From the NCBI GenBank assembly GCA_034428955.1, contig DAOUGZ010000244.1:1607-65606 (forward strand): a stretch of DNA of 64,000 nt, in the 5' to 3' direction. Below, piece after piece: positions 18,280 to 28,628 of the stretch; position 1 is the stretch's first letter, and every line of letters begins with the position of its first letter. The notes beneath the pieces were generated by a model. The model was not told where the DNA came from. It searched no databases and saw only the letters and a program-made list of their open reading frames with translations. This stretch comes from Anaerolineae bacterium (GTDB lineage: Bacteria; Chloroflexota; Anaerolineae; SpSt-313). Both the position numbers and the translations under genes were made by a program.

Positions 18280-19620
18280 CTAGCGGATAGTATACCCAAA
18301 TAGGTTGGATGGCAGCTGGAAGCCGGCCAACTGGATCTTTTCGCTGAACTTGGGCCGTACGCCGGTGGGGGTGAGTTGCCCCAGCAGGCGCCCGTCACGC
18401 ATACCGGCGTCCTTGAAGAGGAAGAGATCCTGCAGCAGGACGGTATCGCCTTCCATACCGCACAGTTCGGCGACCTGGACGATACGCCGCGAGCCGTCGC
18501 GCATGCGCTGTACGTGGACGACCAGGTCCAGGGCGGAGGCAATCTGCTCGCGGATGGCCCGTAACGGCAGCTCCATGCCGGCCATGAGCACCATCGTCTC
18601 GAGGCGGCGCAGGGTGTCGCGTGCGCCGTTCGAGTGGGCCGTCGTCAGCGAGCCGTCGTGGCCAGTGTTCATGGCCTGCAGCATGTCCAGCGCTTCGCCA
18701 CCGCGCACCTCGCCGACGACAATGCGGTCCGGGCGCATACGCAGGGCGTTGATGACGAGCTGGCGAATGCTGATCTGGCCCTTCCCCTCCAGGTTGGGTG
18801 GTCGCGCCTCGAGCGTTACGACGTGTTCCTGCTGCAACTGCAACTCGGCTGCATCCTCGATGGTCACGATGCGCTCATCGGCGGGGATGAACGAGGAAAA
18901 GACGCCCAGGAGAGTCGTCTTGCCTGCGCCGGTCCCCCCCGAGACGACGATGTTCAGGCGACTCCTGACACAGGATTTCATGAACTCCATAAACTCGGCC
19001 GAGCAGGCTCCAAGCTTGACGAGGTCGTCTGCGCCGAGGGGCACGCGGGCGAACTTGCGGATGGTGAGTACCGGCCCCACCAGGGATAGTGGGGGGATGA
19101 TGGCGTTCACGCGCGAACCATCCGGTAGACGGGCATCGACCATCGGCGATGCCTCGTCAATACGACGGCCCAGCGGGGCGACAATGCGCTCGATGATGCG
19201 CATGAGGTGGGCCGTGTCATCGAAGCGGAGTGGGCTGCGCTCGATCTTGCCCTTGCGCTCGACGTATATCCGGTCCGGCCCGTTCACCATGATCTCGCTG
19301 ACCGTATCATCGTGGAGGAGCGCATCGATCGGCCCGTAGCCCAGGATTTCCGACACGACGCGTTCGAACAACTGCTCGCGCTCGCTGCGCCCCAGGACCA
19401 TGCCGACTTCGCGGATGATGTCGCCGTAGACGTCGGCGATGCGGCGACGAATCGATGCCTGGTCGGTAATATCGCCCTGGGTACGCAGGTCAGCGACCAC
19501 CCGGTCCCGGACCCGCGTGACCAACTGGCGCTGTGCGTCCTCGCGTGTGGTCACGTTGCTGCCGGTTGGCCGCGTTTCCACTCGATCTGTTTGGCTGTTG
19601 CGCGTGGGCCTCATTAGCAT
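18280..19620 (-). CDS. cpaF: Tad/Flp pilus assembly ATPase CpaF/TadA
   Basis: GYGPI..LL.D..VSEIMVNG, PMVDARLPDGSRVNA, Walker A SGGTGAGKTT, TIEDAAEL, LRMRPDRIVVGEVRGGE, AMNTGHDGS. Confidence 0.95.
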   Translation of the reverse strand: MLMRPTRNSQTDRVETRPTGSNVTTREDAQRQLVTRVRDRVVADLRTQGDITDQASIRRRIADVYGDIIREVGMVLGRSEREQLFERVVSEILGYGPIDALLHDDTVSEIMVNGPDRIYVERKGKIERSPLRFDDTAHLMRIIERIVAPLGRRIDEASPMVDARLPDGSRVNAIIPPLSLVGPVLTIRKFARVPLGADDLVKLGACSAEFMEFMKSCVRSRLNIVVSGGTGAGKTTLLGVFSSFIPADERIVTIEDAAELQLQQEHVVTLEARPPNLEGKGQISIRQLVINALRMRPDRIVVGEVRGGEALDMLQAMNTGHDGSLTTAHSNGARDTLRRLETMVLMAGMELPLRAIREQIASALDLVVHVQRMRDGSRRIVQVAELCGMEGDTVLLQDLFLFKDAGMRDGRLLGQLTPTGVRPKFSEKIQLAGFQLPSNLFGYTIR

Positions 19621-19721
19621 GATTCTTGTCCCTCTGAGTGTGGTGTCGTCTCTGGCTGAGGCTCGTTCCGAATGCTGCGCCGCATGGGGCAAAGCGCACC
19701 AATCGTAATCTTTGCGGTGCG

Positions 19722-20111
19722 CTACCGGTCGCTCAGTAATGCAACCAGAATCAGGAGCAGATAGAGCACTCCGTTGGCTACAAGCAGTACCCGGATAGCC
19801 GGCACCTGTAGCAAATCTCGCAGGCGCGACAAGTCCAGGCGGAATCCGGCCTGAGGCCGTGTCCAGTTCTCCTCTGCGGAGAGGCGTAGTTGCAGCGTTT
19901 GGCGGACTCTGGCGATCTCGGCGGAACCCGGATGCCTTCGCTCGAACGCCTGCAGGGCGGCTGCGGCCTCCGACCAGCGGCCCTGCTGCATCAGGGCCTG
20001 GATTTCGTCGAGCCTGGGATCCCGTTCCGCACGCGCCGCCCGCGGAAGCTTTTGCACATTGCTACCACGCAAGGGGGCCTCGCTTGCTCTGTCATTTCGC
20101 ACCGTGTCCAC
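19722..20111 (-). CDS. Small TPR-like protein with C-terminal TM helix
   Basis: Helical hairpin (LDEIQALMQQGRWSEAAAALQAFERRHPGS) plus hydrophobic C-terminus; lies inside the tad operon, 8 nt after the tadC stop. Confidence 0.6.
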   Translation of the reverse strand: MDTVRNDRASEAPLRGSNVQKLPRAARAERDPRLDEIQALMQQGRWSEAAAALQAFERRHPGSAEIARVRQTLQLRLSAEENWTRPQAGFRLDLSRLRDLLQVPAIRVLLVANGVLYLLLILVALLSDR

Positions 20112-20119
20112 TATGGGCT

Positions 20120-21043
20120 CTAGATCGCGCCGAACGCTTCTATGATGGAGGGGACGGCCGGCCCGATCACAACAGCGAACGTGGCTGGCATGATGAAGAA
20201 CACCATCGGGATGAGCATCTTGAGAGGCGCTCCCCGGGCCGCCTCTTGCGCCTTCTGGCGCCGGCGTATTCGCATCTGGTTGGACTGGGTATGAAGCGTA
20301 TCGGAAATGCTAAAGCCCAGTTGCTCTGCCTGCAGCAACACAGCTACCAGCGCGGACAACTCGGCGACGCCGGTACGGTACACCAAACTACGCATGGCTT
20401 CGCGCCAAGTCGCACCGAGGCCGATCTCTACCACCACCCGCCGGAACTCGTAGGCCAGGGCATTATTCCAACTGTCGCCTATACGTTTAAATGCGCTCTC
20501 GATTCCCAGGCCCGCATCAACGCAGACGGTGAGCATATCGAGGGCATCTGCCAGGGCCAGACCGATCTCTTTCTGGCGTGCCTTCATTTTCCGGCGTAGC
20601 CAGTAGACAGGCAACTCCGAGAACAAGATGGCCCCTGCCAGTCCGGCGAGCAGTGAGCGAGCGACCGAGCCGGAGGCGATCGCCAGAATCAGGCACAGTA
20701 TGGCCGTGCCCAATACTGCGACCAATACCCGCAGCCCCAAAAAGTCGAGCGGCTCGAGGCCCATGGGCGAACCGGCCATCAGCAGTTGCTGGCGCAGCTT
20801 TTCCATGTTCCGCCCTGGCGATGCACCGCCCAGGCGCCGCAGGAACCCCCGCAGGGCTGGGCGGATCACGCGTTGGGCGAAAGGCAGCTCTAGCTCCAGC
20901 GTGGAAGCCAGGAGGTGTTGAGAGACGGCGTTCTGTAGTCGCTGGCTTGAGAGTTGCTCGACGCGCTGAACGTCGAACCAGACATAGAATGCGCCTACGG
21001 CGAGTGCCGCCATCCCCGCGGCGAGAACGGCTATCGCTATCAC
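20120..21043 (-). CDS. tadC: Tad pilus inner-membrane platform TadC
   Basis: T2SS-F domain: LADALDMLTVCVDAGL..E.A, EFRRVV.EI.LG...REA, QAEQLG.SI...L..QS..MR..RRQKA.E.A. Confidence 0.92.
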   Translation of the reverse strand: MIAIAVLAAGMAALAVGAFYVWFDVQRVEQLSSQRLQNAVSQHLLASTLELELPFAQRVIRPALRGFLRRLGGASPGRNMEKLRQQLLMAGSPMGLEPLDFLGLRVLVAVLGTAILCLILAIASGSVARSLLAGLAGAILFSELPVYWLRRKMKARQKEIGLALADALDMLTVCVDAGLGIESAFKRIGDSWNNALAYEFRRVVVEIGLGATWREAMRSLVYRTGVAELSALVAVLLQAEQLGFSISDTLHTQSNQMRIRRRQKAQEAARGAPLKMLIPMVFFIMPATFAVVIGPAVPSIIEAFGAI

Positions 21044-21061
21044 CTGTCTACTCCCATTCGT

Positions 21062-22048
21062 CTAGACCTCGATGCGTGTCATGCGCTGAGTGATAAGGAA
21101 GCCGATCAACTCGGAAGTGAGGGCGCCCGCTGGGATGATGCGCACCCAACCGGGCTCGAACATGCGCATCATCCATTCTGGGTTGATTAGCGAAAGCCCG
21201 ATGCCCAGCACGATGGGCAGGCCGACAAGCATGTAGCTGGTCAGGCGCTGCTGCGTCGTGAGGACGCGAATCTCGCCCTGCAGTTGGATGCGCTCCCGAA
21301 TGGTCTCGGCTATCTTTTCCAGCACGAGTGAGAGGTTGCCGCCTACCTCGTGACTGACGTTGACCGCCGTCACTACCAGTTGCAGGTCATCGTTCTCCAT
21401 GCGCTTGACCAGGTTGTTCAGCGCTTCTGCCTGAGACAGGCCAAAACCGATCTCTCGCAGAACGCGCATGAACTCTTCCGAAGCCGGTGGGGGCAGTTCC
21501 CTGCTTACCATATCTAGGGCAGTGGGAAGGGCATGACCACCCTTGAGTGACCCGACGACCAAGGCCAGGACATCAGTGAGTTGGTCATGGAAGGCTTTGA
21601 TCCGTTTGCCCCTCTTGCGCTGTACCAGGAAAAAGGGAATTGCCAGCCCGACGATAACGCCTGCAAACAAGGAGAGTACATAGCCCGTCATCAAGTATCC
21701 AACCGCGCCGCATGCGATCCCCGCCGATATCTCGATGATGACAAACTCGGGCACGGTCGTGTGGACGTTCGCTTGAGCTAGTAGAAGCGCCAGGCGCTGG
21801 GCCGTTCCCTGTCCGCTGAAGAGGCGATCCATGAGGCCGAGTATGGCAGCGAACCCGCCACTTCGCTTGCGTTCCGTCTCGGCGCGCTCTTCCTCGGAGC
21901 GCGTATACATCGACACACGGGCTGTCATGTCATCGGAGCGTTCAACGACCGTGTACACGCCGAGGAAGAAGAACACGATGGCCAACATGCTGATGAGCGC
22001 GGTGATGAGTGCGGTGCCCAACACTATCCTCCCGTCTTGTGGTTGCAA
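21062..22048 (-). CDS. tadB: Tad pilus inner-membrane platform TadB
   Basis: F..QL.D.L.L....LK.GH.L..AL, P.P.SEEF.RV..EI..G, EVGGNL..VL..IA.TIRER..L..EIR.LT.Q.R. Confidence 0.92.
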   Translation of the reverse strand: MQPQDGRIVLGTALITALISMLAIVFFFLGVYTVVERSDDMTARVSMYTRSEEERAETERKRSGGFAAILGLMDRLFSGQGTAQRLALLLAQANVHTTVPEFVIIEISAGIACGAVGYLMTGYVLSLFAGVIVGLAIPFFLVQRKRGKRIKAFHDQLTDVLALVVGSLKGGHALPTALDMVSRELPPPASEEFMRVLREIGFGLSQAEALNNLVKRMENDDLQLVVTAVNVSHEVGGNLSLVLEKIAETIRERIQLQGEIRVLTTQQRLTSYMLVGLPIVLGIGLSLINPEWMMRMFEPGWVRIIPAGALTSELIGFLITQRMTRIEV

Positions 22049-22078
22049 CGGGCGTAGAGAGCGCAGCCGGAAGGTTCG

Positions 22079-23257
22079 CTACTGCTGCTGGATGACGGTG
22101 ACAAGGCTTTTTGCCAGACCGACCAGGTGACGGCTGACCCCACTGTGCTTGTGGCTCTCAACCACGGGCACGCCCCGATTGATGCTATAGGTGACCAGTT
22201 TGACGTCATCGGGTATGGCCTCCTGCGCAGCGGCGCCGAGAGCGTTTTCGATGTCGCGCCGGCCAAGGCCTCCGCGCAAGGGCGAGCGGTTCAGAACCAG
22301 AAGGATGCGCTCCCGCGGCAAGCCCGCCTGCCGCGATTGTTCCACGAACACCCTGGCCCCGCGGAGTGAAGTGATCTCGGGGGTGATCACCAAGAGCACG
22401 CGGTCAGCGACGCTCATTACGGCTGTGGTCTCGTCGTCGAGCAGCGCGCCTGCATCAACAAGGATTATGTCTCGCATGCGGCGAAGGGCGAGAAGTACCT
22501 TGCGTATTCCCTCTGCGCTGATTGTAGTATCAATGTCCTGGAGAAGAAGCGCCTCGATGCCGGAGACATGATGTGTTAGCAGTGCCTCAAAGTCGGGGCG
22601 CTCCAACTCGTCAAGCCTAGGCAGGAGGTGGCCGACATTGGCACCGGACTGCAGATTGAGCATGATATCGAGGGTGCCGGTTGGCAATGCTGCGTCCACA
22701 ACCGCAACGCTGCGGCGAGCTTCCCGGCGAAGAGCAACGGCCAGATTGGTCGTCACCATGCTCGCGCCCACGCCGCCCTTGCTGCCCACGACGGCGATGA
22801 CAAAGCCCGCCTTGTCCTTACGCAGGTCAAGGGCTGCCCCTAACCGTGCGATGAGGTCCTGGGCATCAGCCGGCTTGACCAAATAGTCCGTAGCGCCGGC
22901 CTTGAGACAGGCGACGCGCTCGCTGACGCCTGTGCTGGAACTCAGGATGATGATGGGAGTATCGGCAGTGCCGCTCTGCTGGCGCAACTGGCGGGTCACT
23001 TCGATCCCGCTCATGTCGGAGAGATGGAGTTCCAGGATGATGGCGTCGGGTGCCTCAAGCCGCGCCTTGGATAAGGCATCGGCTGCCGTTCTCCCGCTGA
23101 CGACCTCCCATCCCTGAGCACGCAGGACGCTGCGGAGCATGGCCACAGCACTGGGATCGCGGTCGACGACCAGGATCCGGGTTCGGTAGCCGGGCGTCTC
23201 GGAGCCCTTGACCAGGCGCACGTGAGGGGTACCTGGCGGTGTTGTTTCTGCGCTCAT
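22079..23257 (-). CDS. cpaE: CpaE/TadZ: atypical receiver domain plus MinD-like ATPase
   Basis: N-terminal REC (ILVVDRD, PDAIILELHL, DYLVKP), then GSKGGVGAS..TTNLA, LVITPEITSLR, VLNR, INRGVP. Confidence 0.85.
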   Translation of the reverse strand: MSAETTPPGTPHVRLVKGSETPGYRTRILVVDRDPSAVAMLRSVLRAQGWEVVSGRTAADALSKARLEAPDAIILELHLSDMSGIEVTRQLRQQSGTADTPIIILSSSTGVSERVACLKAGATDYLVKPADAQDLIARLGAALDLRKDKAGFVIAVVGSKGGVGASMVTTNLAVALRREARRSVAVVDAALPTGTLDIMLNLQSGANVGHLLPRLDELERPDFEALLTHHVSGIEALLLQDIDTTISAEGIRKVLLALRRMRDIILVDAGALLDDETTAVMSVADRVLLVITPEITSLRGARVFVEQSRQAGLPRERILLVLNRSPLRGGLGRRDIENALGAAAQEAIPDDVKLVTYSINRGVPVVESHKHSGVSRHLVGLAKSLVTVIQQQ

Positions 23258-24048
23258 TCTTCTTCCTTCACTTGCCATCGAATATTGAGGCGCTGCAAGA
23301 GATACTCACCGTCGATCGGTACGACCTCGTACTGACCCTGGGCTGCCGGGCTCCGGAGAGCCAGGTCCATGGCTGCACCTGAGTCCTGGAAGTACTTGAG
23401 CAGCAGGGCATCCTGAGGGGGGACCGCCAGGAGGATGGCTCGCGGCGCCCCTTGGCCGCCCGATGGCGGCGCGCTGGCACTGCCCTCGGGTTGCGCCCCT
23501 TCACCGTACACCACGGCAGCCACGACCTGATCCTGCAGTAGCGTGAACGTGTTCATGCCCGTCCAAATGTCGGGCTTGGCTTTTTCGAAATCAAAGGTGT
23601 ACAGGATATCGATGTGGTCGCCCGGCCTGATGATGCCGGTGCTGGACAGCAAATCGAACGTGGGGATGGCGACGAGGATTCTGCTGGGGTCCATGACAAA
23701 GGCAGCGCGGGGCCCTACATAGTCCGGCTCTATCAGCCGTCTCTGCAGGACTATCTCGCCCCTGGCGATGTCGGCCGTGGTCAACATGCCGACAATGGAG
23801 ATGGGGTCAGCGTAGGAACCTTCAGGCACCATCTCGGGCGGCACGTCTCGCACTTCCAGGTCGTCCGGCCCAATGACCGTATGTAATGGAATATCGCGGG
23901 CCGCGACGACGGCCGGAATGTGTGCGGGTTCCTCGCTCTCCTCCGGCGGCTGTGACATGCGAAGGACAGTGACAAAGACCAGGGCGCCGGCCATGAAGGA
24001 TAGGAGAAGACCTGCAGCAAACCAGATACAGCCTCTTCGACGGTTCAA
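23254..24048 (-). CDS. cpaB: Flp pilus assembly protein CpaB/RcpC (SAF domain)
   Basis: N-terminal TM; SAF motif VVAARDIP..TVI..DDL; IRPGDHIDIL; T.LQ...V; LLAVPPQDA..L, LALR. TTG start after GAGAAGAGGG. Confidence 0.88.
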   Translation of the reverse strand: MNRRRGCIWFAAGLLLSFMAGALVFVTVLRMSQPPEESEEPAHIPAVVAARDIPLHTVIGPDDLEVRDVPPEMVPEGSYADPISIVGMLTTADIARGEIVLQRRLIEPDYVGPRAAFVMDPSRILVAIPTFDLLSSTGIIRPGDHIDILYTFDFEKAKPDIWTGMNTFTLLQDQVVAAVVYGEGAQPEGSASAPPSGGQGAPRAILLAVPPQDALLLKYFQDSGAAMDLALRSPAAQGQYEVVPIDGEYLLQRLNIRWQVKEEE

Positions 24049-24283
24049 TGTAGCCCTCTTCTCTCCGGGAACGATGTCGCGGACTGGCAGAGAATGCCAA
24101 CACGGCGAGAGCCGAGGCCAGATACTTGACCCCTGGCACTGCATATGTCGTGTCTGGCAGGTAGCATCCTGCGTCTGCATGGGTTTGATGGACGCAAGAG
24201 GCAACAGGGCTGTCACTTCTTGCGCCGGAAAAGAGGGGTTCCGGTCTTGCCTTACCCCTGCCTACTAGAGGGGGTAGAGGGCA

Positions 24284-24395
24284 CGCTGGATACATCGCGC
24301 TGTTGCTGGAATCTGCTTTGGCTCGTGTATCTCGAGCTGTTGGCATCGATTATCTGCGCTGGATACATCGCGCTGTTGCTGGAATCTGCTTTGGC
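24284..24395. repeat. Two identical 39-bp direct repeats separated by a degenerate third unit (period ~36-37 bp)
   Basis: CGCTGGATACATCGCGCTGTTGCTGGAATCTGCTTTGGC at 24284-24322 and 24357-24395; the 34 nt between them resemble the unit (TATCTCGAGCTGTTG vs TACATCGCGCTGTTG). Confidence 0.9.
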
Positions 24396-24413
24396 GGCAG
24401 CGACAACTGCGTT

Positions 24414-25334
24414 CTAGCGCGAGCGAGATCGGGCAATCAGCAAGGCGCCAAGGGCTATGGACATCAGCTTGGTCTCGTGCGGGTCGGAGCGTGAGGAGAC
24501 GATCAGCGGGGATTGGCCGCCTACGACTACGCCTGCCATCTGCCCGCCAGCAAAGTAGGTGATGGCCTTGGCCAGCATGTTGCCCGCTTCTACATCGGGC
24601 GCTATGAGGATTTCGGCTTGGCCGGCGACGGGCGAGTTGATCCCTTTGATGGATGAGGACTCGGCTGAGATAGCATTGTCGAGGGCCAGAGGGCCGTCGA
24701 CAATGCCGCCTTTGATCTGCCCGCGGTCGGCCATCTTGGCCAAGTTGGCGGCATCCATCGTTGTGGGTATCTTGGGATTCACCATCTCGGTGGCGGCCAG
24801 GACGGCGACCTTGGGCTTCTCTATGCCGAGGGCGTGAGCTACCTCGATGGCGTTCTGTACGATCTCAACCTTCTGGGTGATGTCGGGGGCGACTACAACC
24901 CCCGCATCAGTGACGAGCACCAGCCGGTCAAAGCCGGGGATCTCAAAGACCCCTACATGGCTGAACAGGCGACCGGTGCGCAGGCCGGTCGCCTTGTTCA
25001 AGGCGGCACGCAGGAAATCGCCCGTATCAATCTGCCCCTTCATGGCGACGTCCGCCTGCCCCAGGCGTACCAGTTCCATGACCCTGGCTGCTGCCTGCTT
25101 TGTATTGGGCTCGTCGATCACCTTCGCCTCGCCGAGGTCGATGCCGGCGCATTCGGCTAGCGAGTGTATCTTGGTGGCGTCGCCCACCAGGATGCAGTCG
25201 GCGATCTGCTCTGCCCTGGCGGCCTGGGCTGCCTGCAGCACCTCCTTTTCGTGGGCTGCGGCTACGGCTACGGTGATGTAGCCCGCCTCGCGCGCGGCCT
25301 GAAGCATCTTGGGGAATGATGTGATCTTTAGCAA
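24414..25334 (-). CDS. ptb: Phosphate butyryl/acetyltransferase (PTA/PTB family)
   Basis: VAVAAA....VL.A, MKGQIDT..FL.A.L, LFSHV.VFE.PG.D.L..VTDAG, PKVAVLAA.E.VN, DGPLALDNAIS, P..EAGN.L.K, SRSD. Confidence 0.88.
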   Translation of the reverse strand: MLKITSFPKMLQAAREAGYITVAVAAAHEKEVLQAAQAARAEQIADCILVGDATKIHSLAECAGIDLGEAKVIDEPNTKQAAARVMELVRLGQADVAMKGQIDTGDFLRAALNKATGLRTGRLFSHVGVFEIPGFDRLVLVTDAGVVVAPDITQKVEIVQNAIEVAHALGIEKPKVAVLAATEMVNPKIPTTMDAANLAKMADRGQIKGGIVDGPLALDNAISAESSSIKGINSPVAGQAEILIAPDVEAGNMLAKAITYFAGGQMAGVVVGGQSPLIVSSRSDPHETKLMSIALGALLIARSRSR

Positions 25335-25367
25335 AGTTATCTCCTCGGCAACCCGTTCCGGACTCCT

Positions 25368-28256
25368 CTACTTGCCCCGTCGGGCTTGCCGGGACCTGTG
25401 CGCAGATCTGCCGGATCCCGATGCCCCAGTGCGGGTCTCTTTGCGCAGGCAGCAGTTCTTGTACTTGCGGCCGCTACCGCATGGACAAGGCTCGTTGCGC
25501 CCGACACGCTCCGTTGAGCGCTGCGGCTCGGAGGCCTCTGAGGGCGCATTCGTGCGCATCTCGCGCCGTGGAAGAGGCGTGGTCCGCACTAGTTGCGCTC
25601 TGTAGACCCCCTGAGCGACGTCGCGGCGGATAGTGTCGGTCAACTCGGCAAACATCTCGTGGGCCTCGCGCTTGTACTCGATCAGCGGATTCCGCTGGCC
25701 GTAGGCACGGAGGCCGATGCCTTCGCGCAGGGCATCCAGTGCGGTCAGGTGGTGCACCCAGAGGTTGTCGACCGTGTGCAGCATGATCAGGTGCTCGAGC
25801 TGGCGCATCGTCTCCGGTCCCAACTGAGCCTCTCGCGCGTCATAGGCCAGTGCGGCGGCGCTATGCAGGGCGTCTGCGAGTTCTTCCTGCGAGAGCTGGC
25901 TCCATGCCTCCGGATTCTGAGTCGGCTCCAGTGGGAAGAAGGTGCGCACGGCAGCGTAGAGTCCGTTCAGATCCCAATCGTCGCGGTGCTCGGCGCCGGC
26001 GTAGAGCTGCACCAGGCCGTCAACTTGCTCGCGGATCATTTCTGCGATGATCGGCCGCAGGTTCTCTTCCTGCAGAATGAGGCGCCGCTGCTCGTAGATC
26101 AGCTCGCGCTGTTGGTTGACGACATCGTCATACTCGAGAACGTGCTTACGCAGGTCAAAGTTGTAGCCCTCCACCTTGACTTGCGAATTCTCGATGGCCC
26201 GCGTGACCAGCTTGTGTTCGATGGGCACGTTCTCTTCCACGCCCAGCCGGTCCATGATGCCGGCAATCGACTGCCCGCCAAAGCGGCGCATAAGGTCATC
26301 TTCGAGTGAGACAAAGAAACGCGATGAGCCGGGGTCGCCCTGGCGCCCGGAGCGGCCACGGAGCTGGTTGTCGATGCGCCGCGCCTCGTGCCTCTCCGTG
26401 CCGATCACATGCAAGCCGCCCAAAGACACGACCCGCTCATGGTCGCGCTCGTACGTCTCCCTGGCCTCGGCCAGCGCGGCTTCCCAGACCTCAGGCTCCA
26501 CAGCGGTGAGGTCAACCCCCTGGCGGCGGAGTTGCTCGCGTGCCAGGCCTTCTGGGTTACCGCCCAGAAGGATGTCTACGCCGCGGCCGGCCATGTTGGT
26601 GGCGATGGTCACCGCACCCGGCCGCCCTGCCTGGGCCACAATCCCAGCCTCACGCTCATGCTGCTTGGCGTTCAGCACCTGATGGGGGATGCCCCGTCGC
26701 CTCAATAGCTCGGAAAGGATCTCGGACTTTTCGATGGACGTCGAGCCGACGAGGACGGGCTGCCCCTGCTCGTGCCGCTCGGCAATCTCGTCGATCACGG
26801 CCGCGAACTTGGCTCGCTCCGTCTTGTAGACCAGGTCGGGATAGTCAACACGGATCATCGGCCGGTGCGTGGGGATGACGACGACGTCGAGGTCATAGAT
26901 CTTGCTGAACTCTTCGGCCTCGGTGGCAGCAGTGCCGGTCATGCCCGCCAGCTTGCGGTACATGCGGAAATAGTTCTGGAAGGTGATCGTCGCCAGGGTA
27001 AGGCTCTCGCGCTGGACGGGCACGCGCTCCTTGGCCTCGATGGCCTGGTGCAGCCCTTCGGAGTAGCGCCGGCCATGCATCAGCCGGCCTGTGAACTCGT
27101 CGACAATGATGACCTGGCCATCCTGCACGATATAATCCCGGTCGAGCCGGAAGAGCACTTTGGCCCTGAGCGCATTGTCCAGGTAGGAGGTCAGTTCATA
27201 GTGTCCAGGTGCATAGATGTTGTCGATCCCCAGAGCGTGCTCGATCTTTTCCACACCCTCGTCGGTTAGGGACACAGAGCGCATCTTTTCGTCGGTCACA
27301 TAGTCGACGTCGGGCTGGAGGTTTTCTACCAGGCGTGCAAATCGCTGATACTCGGAGGCTGACTCCTCGGCTGGGCCGGAGATGATCAGCGGTGTTCGTG
27401 CCTCATCGATCAGAATGTTGTCGACCTCGTCTACGATAGCATAGTAGAGCTCGCGCTGCACACGCTGGTTCCATTCCCAGGCCATATTGTCGCGCAGATA
27501 GTCAAAGCCGAACTCGTTGTTGGTGCCGTAAGTGATGTCGGCCGCATAGGCTTCGGCGCGCGGCACAGGTCGCAGGTGCTGGTAGCGATCATCAGCCGCC
27601 TGATAGTCCGGATCGTAGACGAACGAGCCTCGATTCGGGTCGGCCGCAGCCGACTGGATGACGGCCACGCTCAGCCCGAGGTAGTGGTATATCGGGCCCA
27701 TCCACTGCACGCCGACCTTGGACAGATAGTCGTTAGGCGTGACGAGGTGAGCACCGTGCCCGGCAAGGGCGTTCAGATACAGCGGCAAGGTGGCAACGAG
27801 GGTCTTGCCCTCGCCGGTCTTCATTTCAGCGATCTTGCCCTGATGAAGCACCATGCCGCCGATGAGTTGCTGGTCAAAGTGACGCATTCCGAGCGTGCGT
27901 ACGGCCGCTTCACGAACTGCCGCAAAGGCCTCAGGCAGGATCTCGGAGAGAATGCCCTCCTCCTGCTCCGTCAGCCTGGTTTCCAGTTCGTGCAGTTCCA
28001 GATCCAGCCGGTTGCGCTCGCTAACATCGAGGGAACGCAGGCGCTCCTCGCGCAGGGCTGCCAGGCGCTGACGCATCTCGCTCGTCGCATCCGCCAGCGT
28101 AGCCCGGAATGAAGCCGTCAGTTCACGCAGTTCCTCAGCCGAGCGCTCTCGCATCTGCGGCTCGAGGGCGTTGATCTGCTCCACAGTCGGCTGCAGCCGT
28201 CGCATCTCTTTGGCGTTTGGGTCTCCAACGAGCTTGGTCAGCAGGGTTCTTAGCAT
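25368..28256 (-). CDS. secA: Preprotein translocase ATPase SecA
   Basis: [78 protein letters not shown]-terminal [18 protein letters not shown]. Confidence 0.99.
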   Translation of the reverse strand: MLRTLLTKLVGDPNAKEMRRLQPTVEQINALEPQMRERSAEELRELTASFRATLADATSEMRQRLAALREERLRSLDVSERNRLDLELHELETRLTEQEEGILSEILPEAFAAVREAAVRTLGMRHFDQQLIGGMVLHQGKIAEMKTGEGKTLVATLPLYLNALAGHGAHLVTPNDYLSKVGVQWMGPIYHYLGLSVAVIQSAAADPNRGSFVYDPDYQAADDRYQHLRPVPRAEAYAADITYGTNNEFGFDYLRDNMAWEWNQRVQRELYYAIVDEVDNILIDEARTPLIISGPAEESASEYQRFARLVENLQPDVDYVTDEKMRSVSLTDEGVEKIEHALGIDNIYAPGHYELTSYLDNALRAKVLFRLDRDYIVQDGQVIIVDEFTGRLMHGRRYSEGLHQAIEAKERVPVQRESLTLATITFQNYFRMYRKLAGMTGTAATEAEEFSKIYDLDVVVIPTHRPMIRVDYPDLVYKTERAKFAAVIDEIAERHEQGQPVLVGSTSIEKSEILSELLRRRGIPHQVLNAKQHEREAGIVAQAGRPGAVTIATNMAGRGVDILLGGNPEGLAREQLRRQGVDLTAVEPEVWEAALAEARETYERDHERVVSLGGLHVIGTERHEARRIDNQLRGRSGRQGDPGSSRFFVSLEDDLMRRFGGQSIAGIMDRLGVEENVPIEHKLVTRAIENSQVKVEGYNFDLRKHVLEYDDVVNQQRELIYEQRRLILQEENLRPIIAEMIREQVDGLVQLYAGAEHRDDWDLNGLYAAVRTFFPLEPTQNPEAWSQLSQEELADALHSAAALAYDAREAQLGPETMRQLEHLIMLHTVDNLWVHHLTALDALREGIGLRAYGQRNPLIEYKREAHEMFAELTDTIRRDVAQGVYRAQLVRTTPLPRREMRTNAPSEASEPQRSTERVGRNEPCPCGSGRKYKNCCLRKETRTGASGSGRSAHRSRQARRGK

Positions 28257-28299
28257 CTACTTTCTCCACCTATCAGTCTGGCAAGGGCCTACTGTCGAC

Positions 28300-28328
28300 A
28301 TTATAGCACACCCGCCAACCTGCGCCAA
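28300..28328 (-). promoter_or_regulatory. secA promoter (extended -10)
   Basis: TTGGCG (28328-28323), 17 nt, TG-C-TATAAT (28305-28300). Confidence 0.65.
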
Positions 28329-28562
28329 CACCAAACAGGATAAAATTACTCCGCTTTCGGCTTAGGAAGGCCAGTATATCGGTTCGCTCTACTACTCACC
28401 TTGAATCATGCACCTCCCGGCCACAAGCATCCTACGATGCTCGTTCGGGCCGTTGCGCTGCCGCGCAAGCGCCGGCGCAACCAATCCCGACATTGGGGAT
28501 TATACTACGTTCCCCAGCAAAGGGCCACCATCCCGCGTGGACAGCGCGAGGGCGCATTGCCC

Positions 28563-28607
28563 GAAAACTAGAAGAGGCGGTTCCCGCATCTTTGCAGGAA
28601 CCGCCTC
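28563..28607 (-). terminator. Intrinsic terminator after the decarboxylase beta gene
   Basis: 11-bp stem GAGGCGGTTCC/GGAACCGCCTC (28574-28584/28597-28607) followed by TTCTAGTTTT on the minus strand. Confidence 0.75.
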
Positions 28608-28628
28608 GCTTGAGACCGGTGAGATGCC

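Noticed and set aside
24284-24395. Mini CRISPR array (39-bp repeats, 34-bp spacer)
   Set aside because: Only two repeats; the 'spacer' is itself a degenerate copy of the repeat; no GAAA(C/G)-type end, no leader and no cas gene in the window.
28392-28409. MIQGE micro-uORF upstream of secA (SecM-like control)
   Set aside because: GGAGG is only 3 nt from the ATG; it lies upstream of the predicted secA promoter; no arrest-peptide motif.
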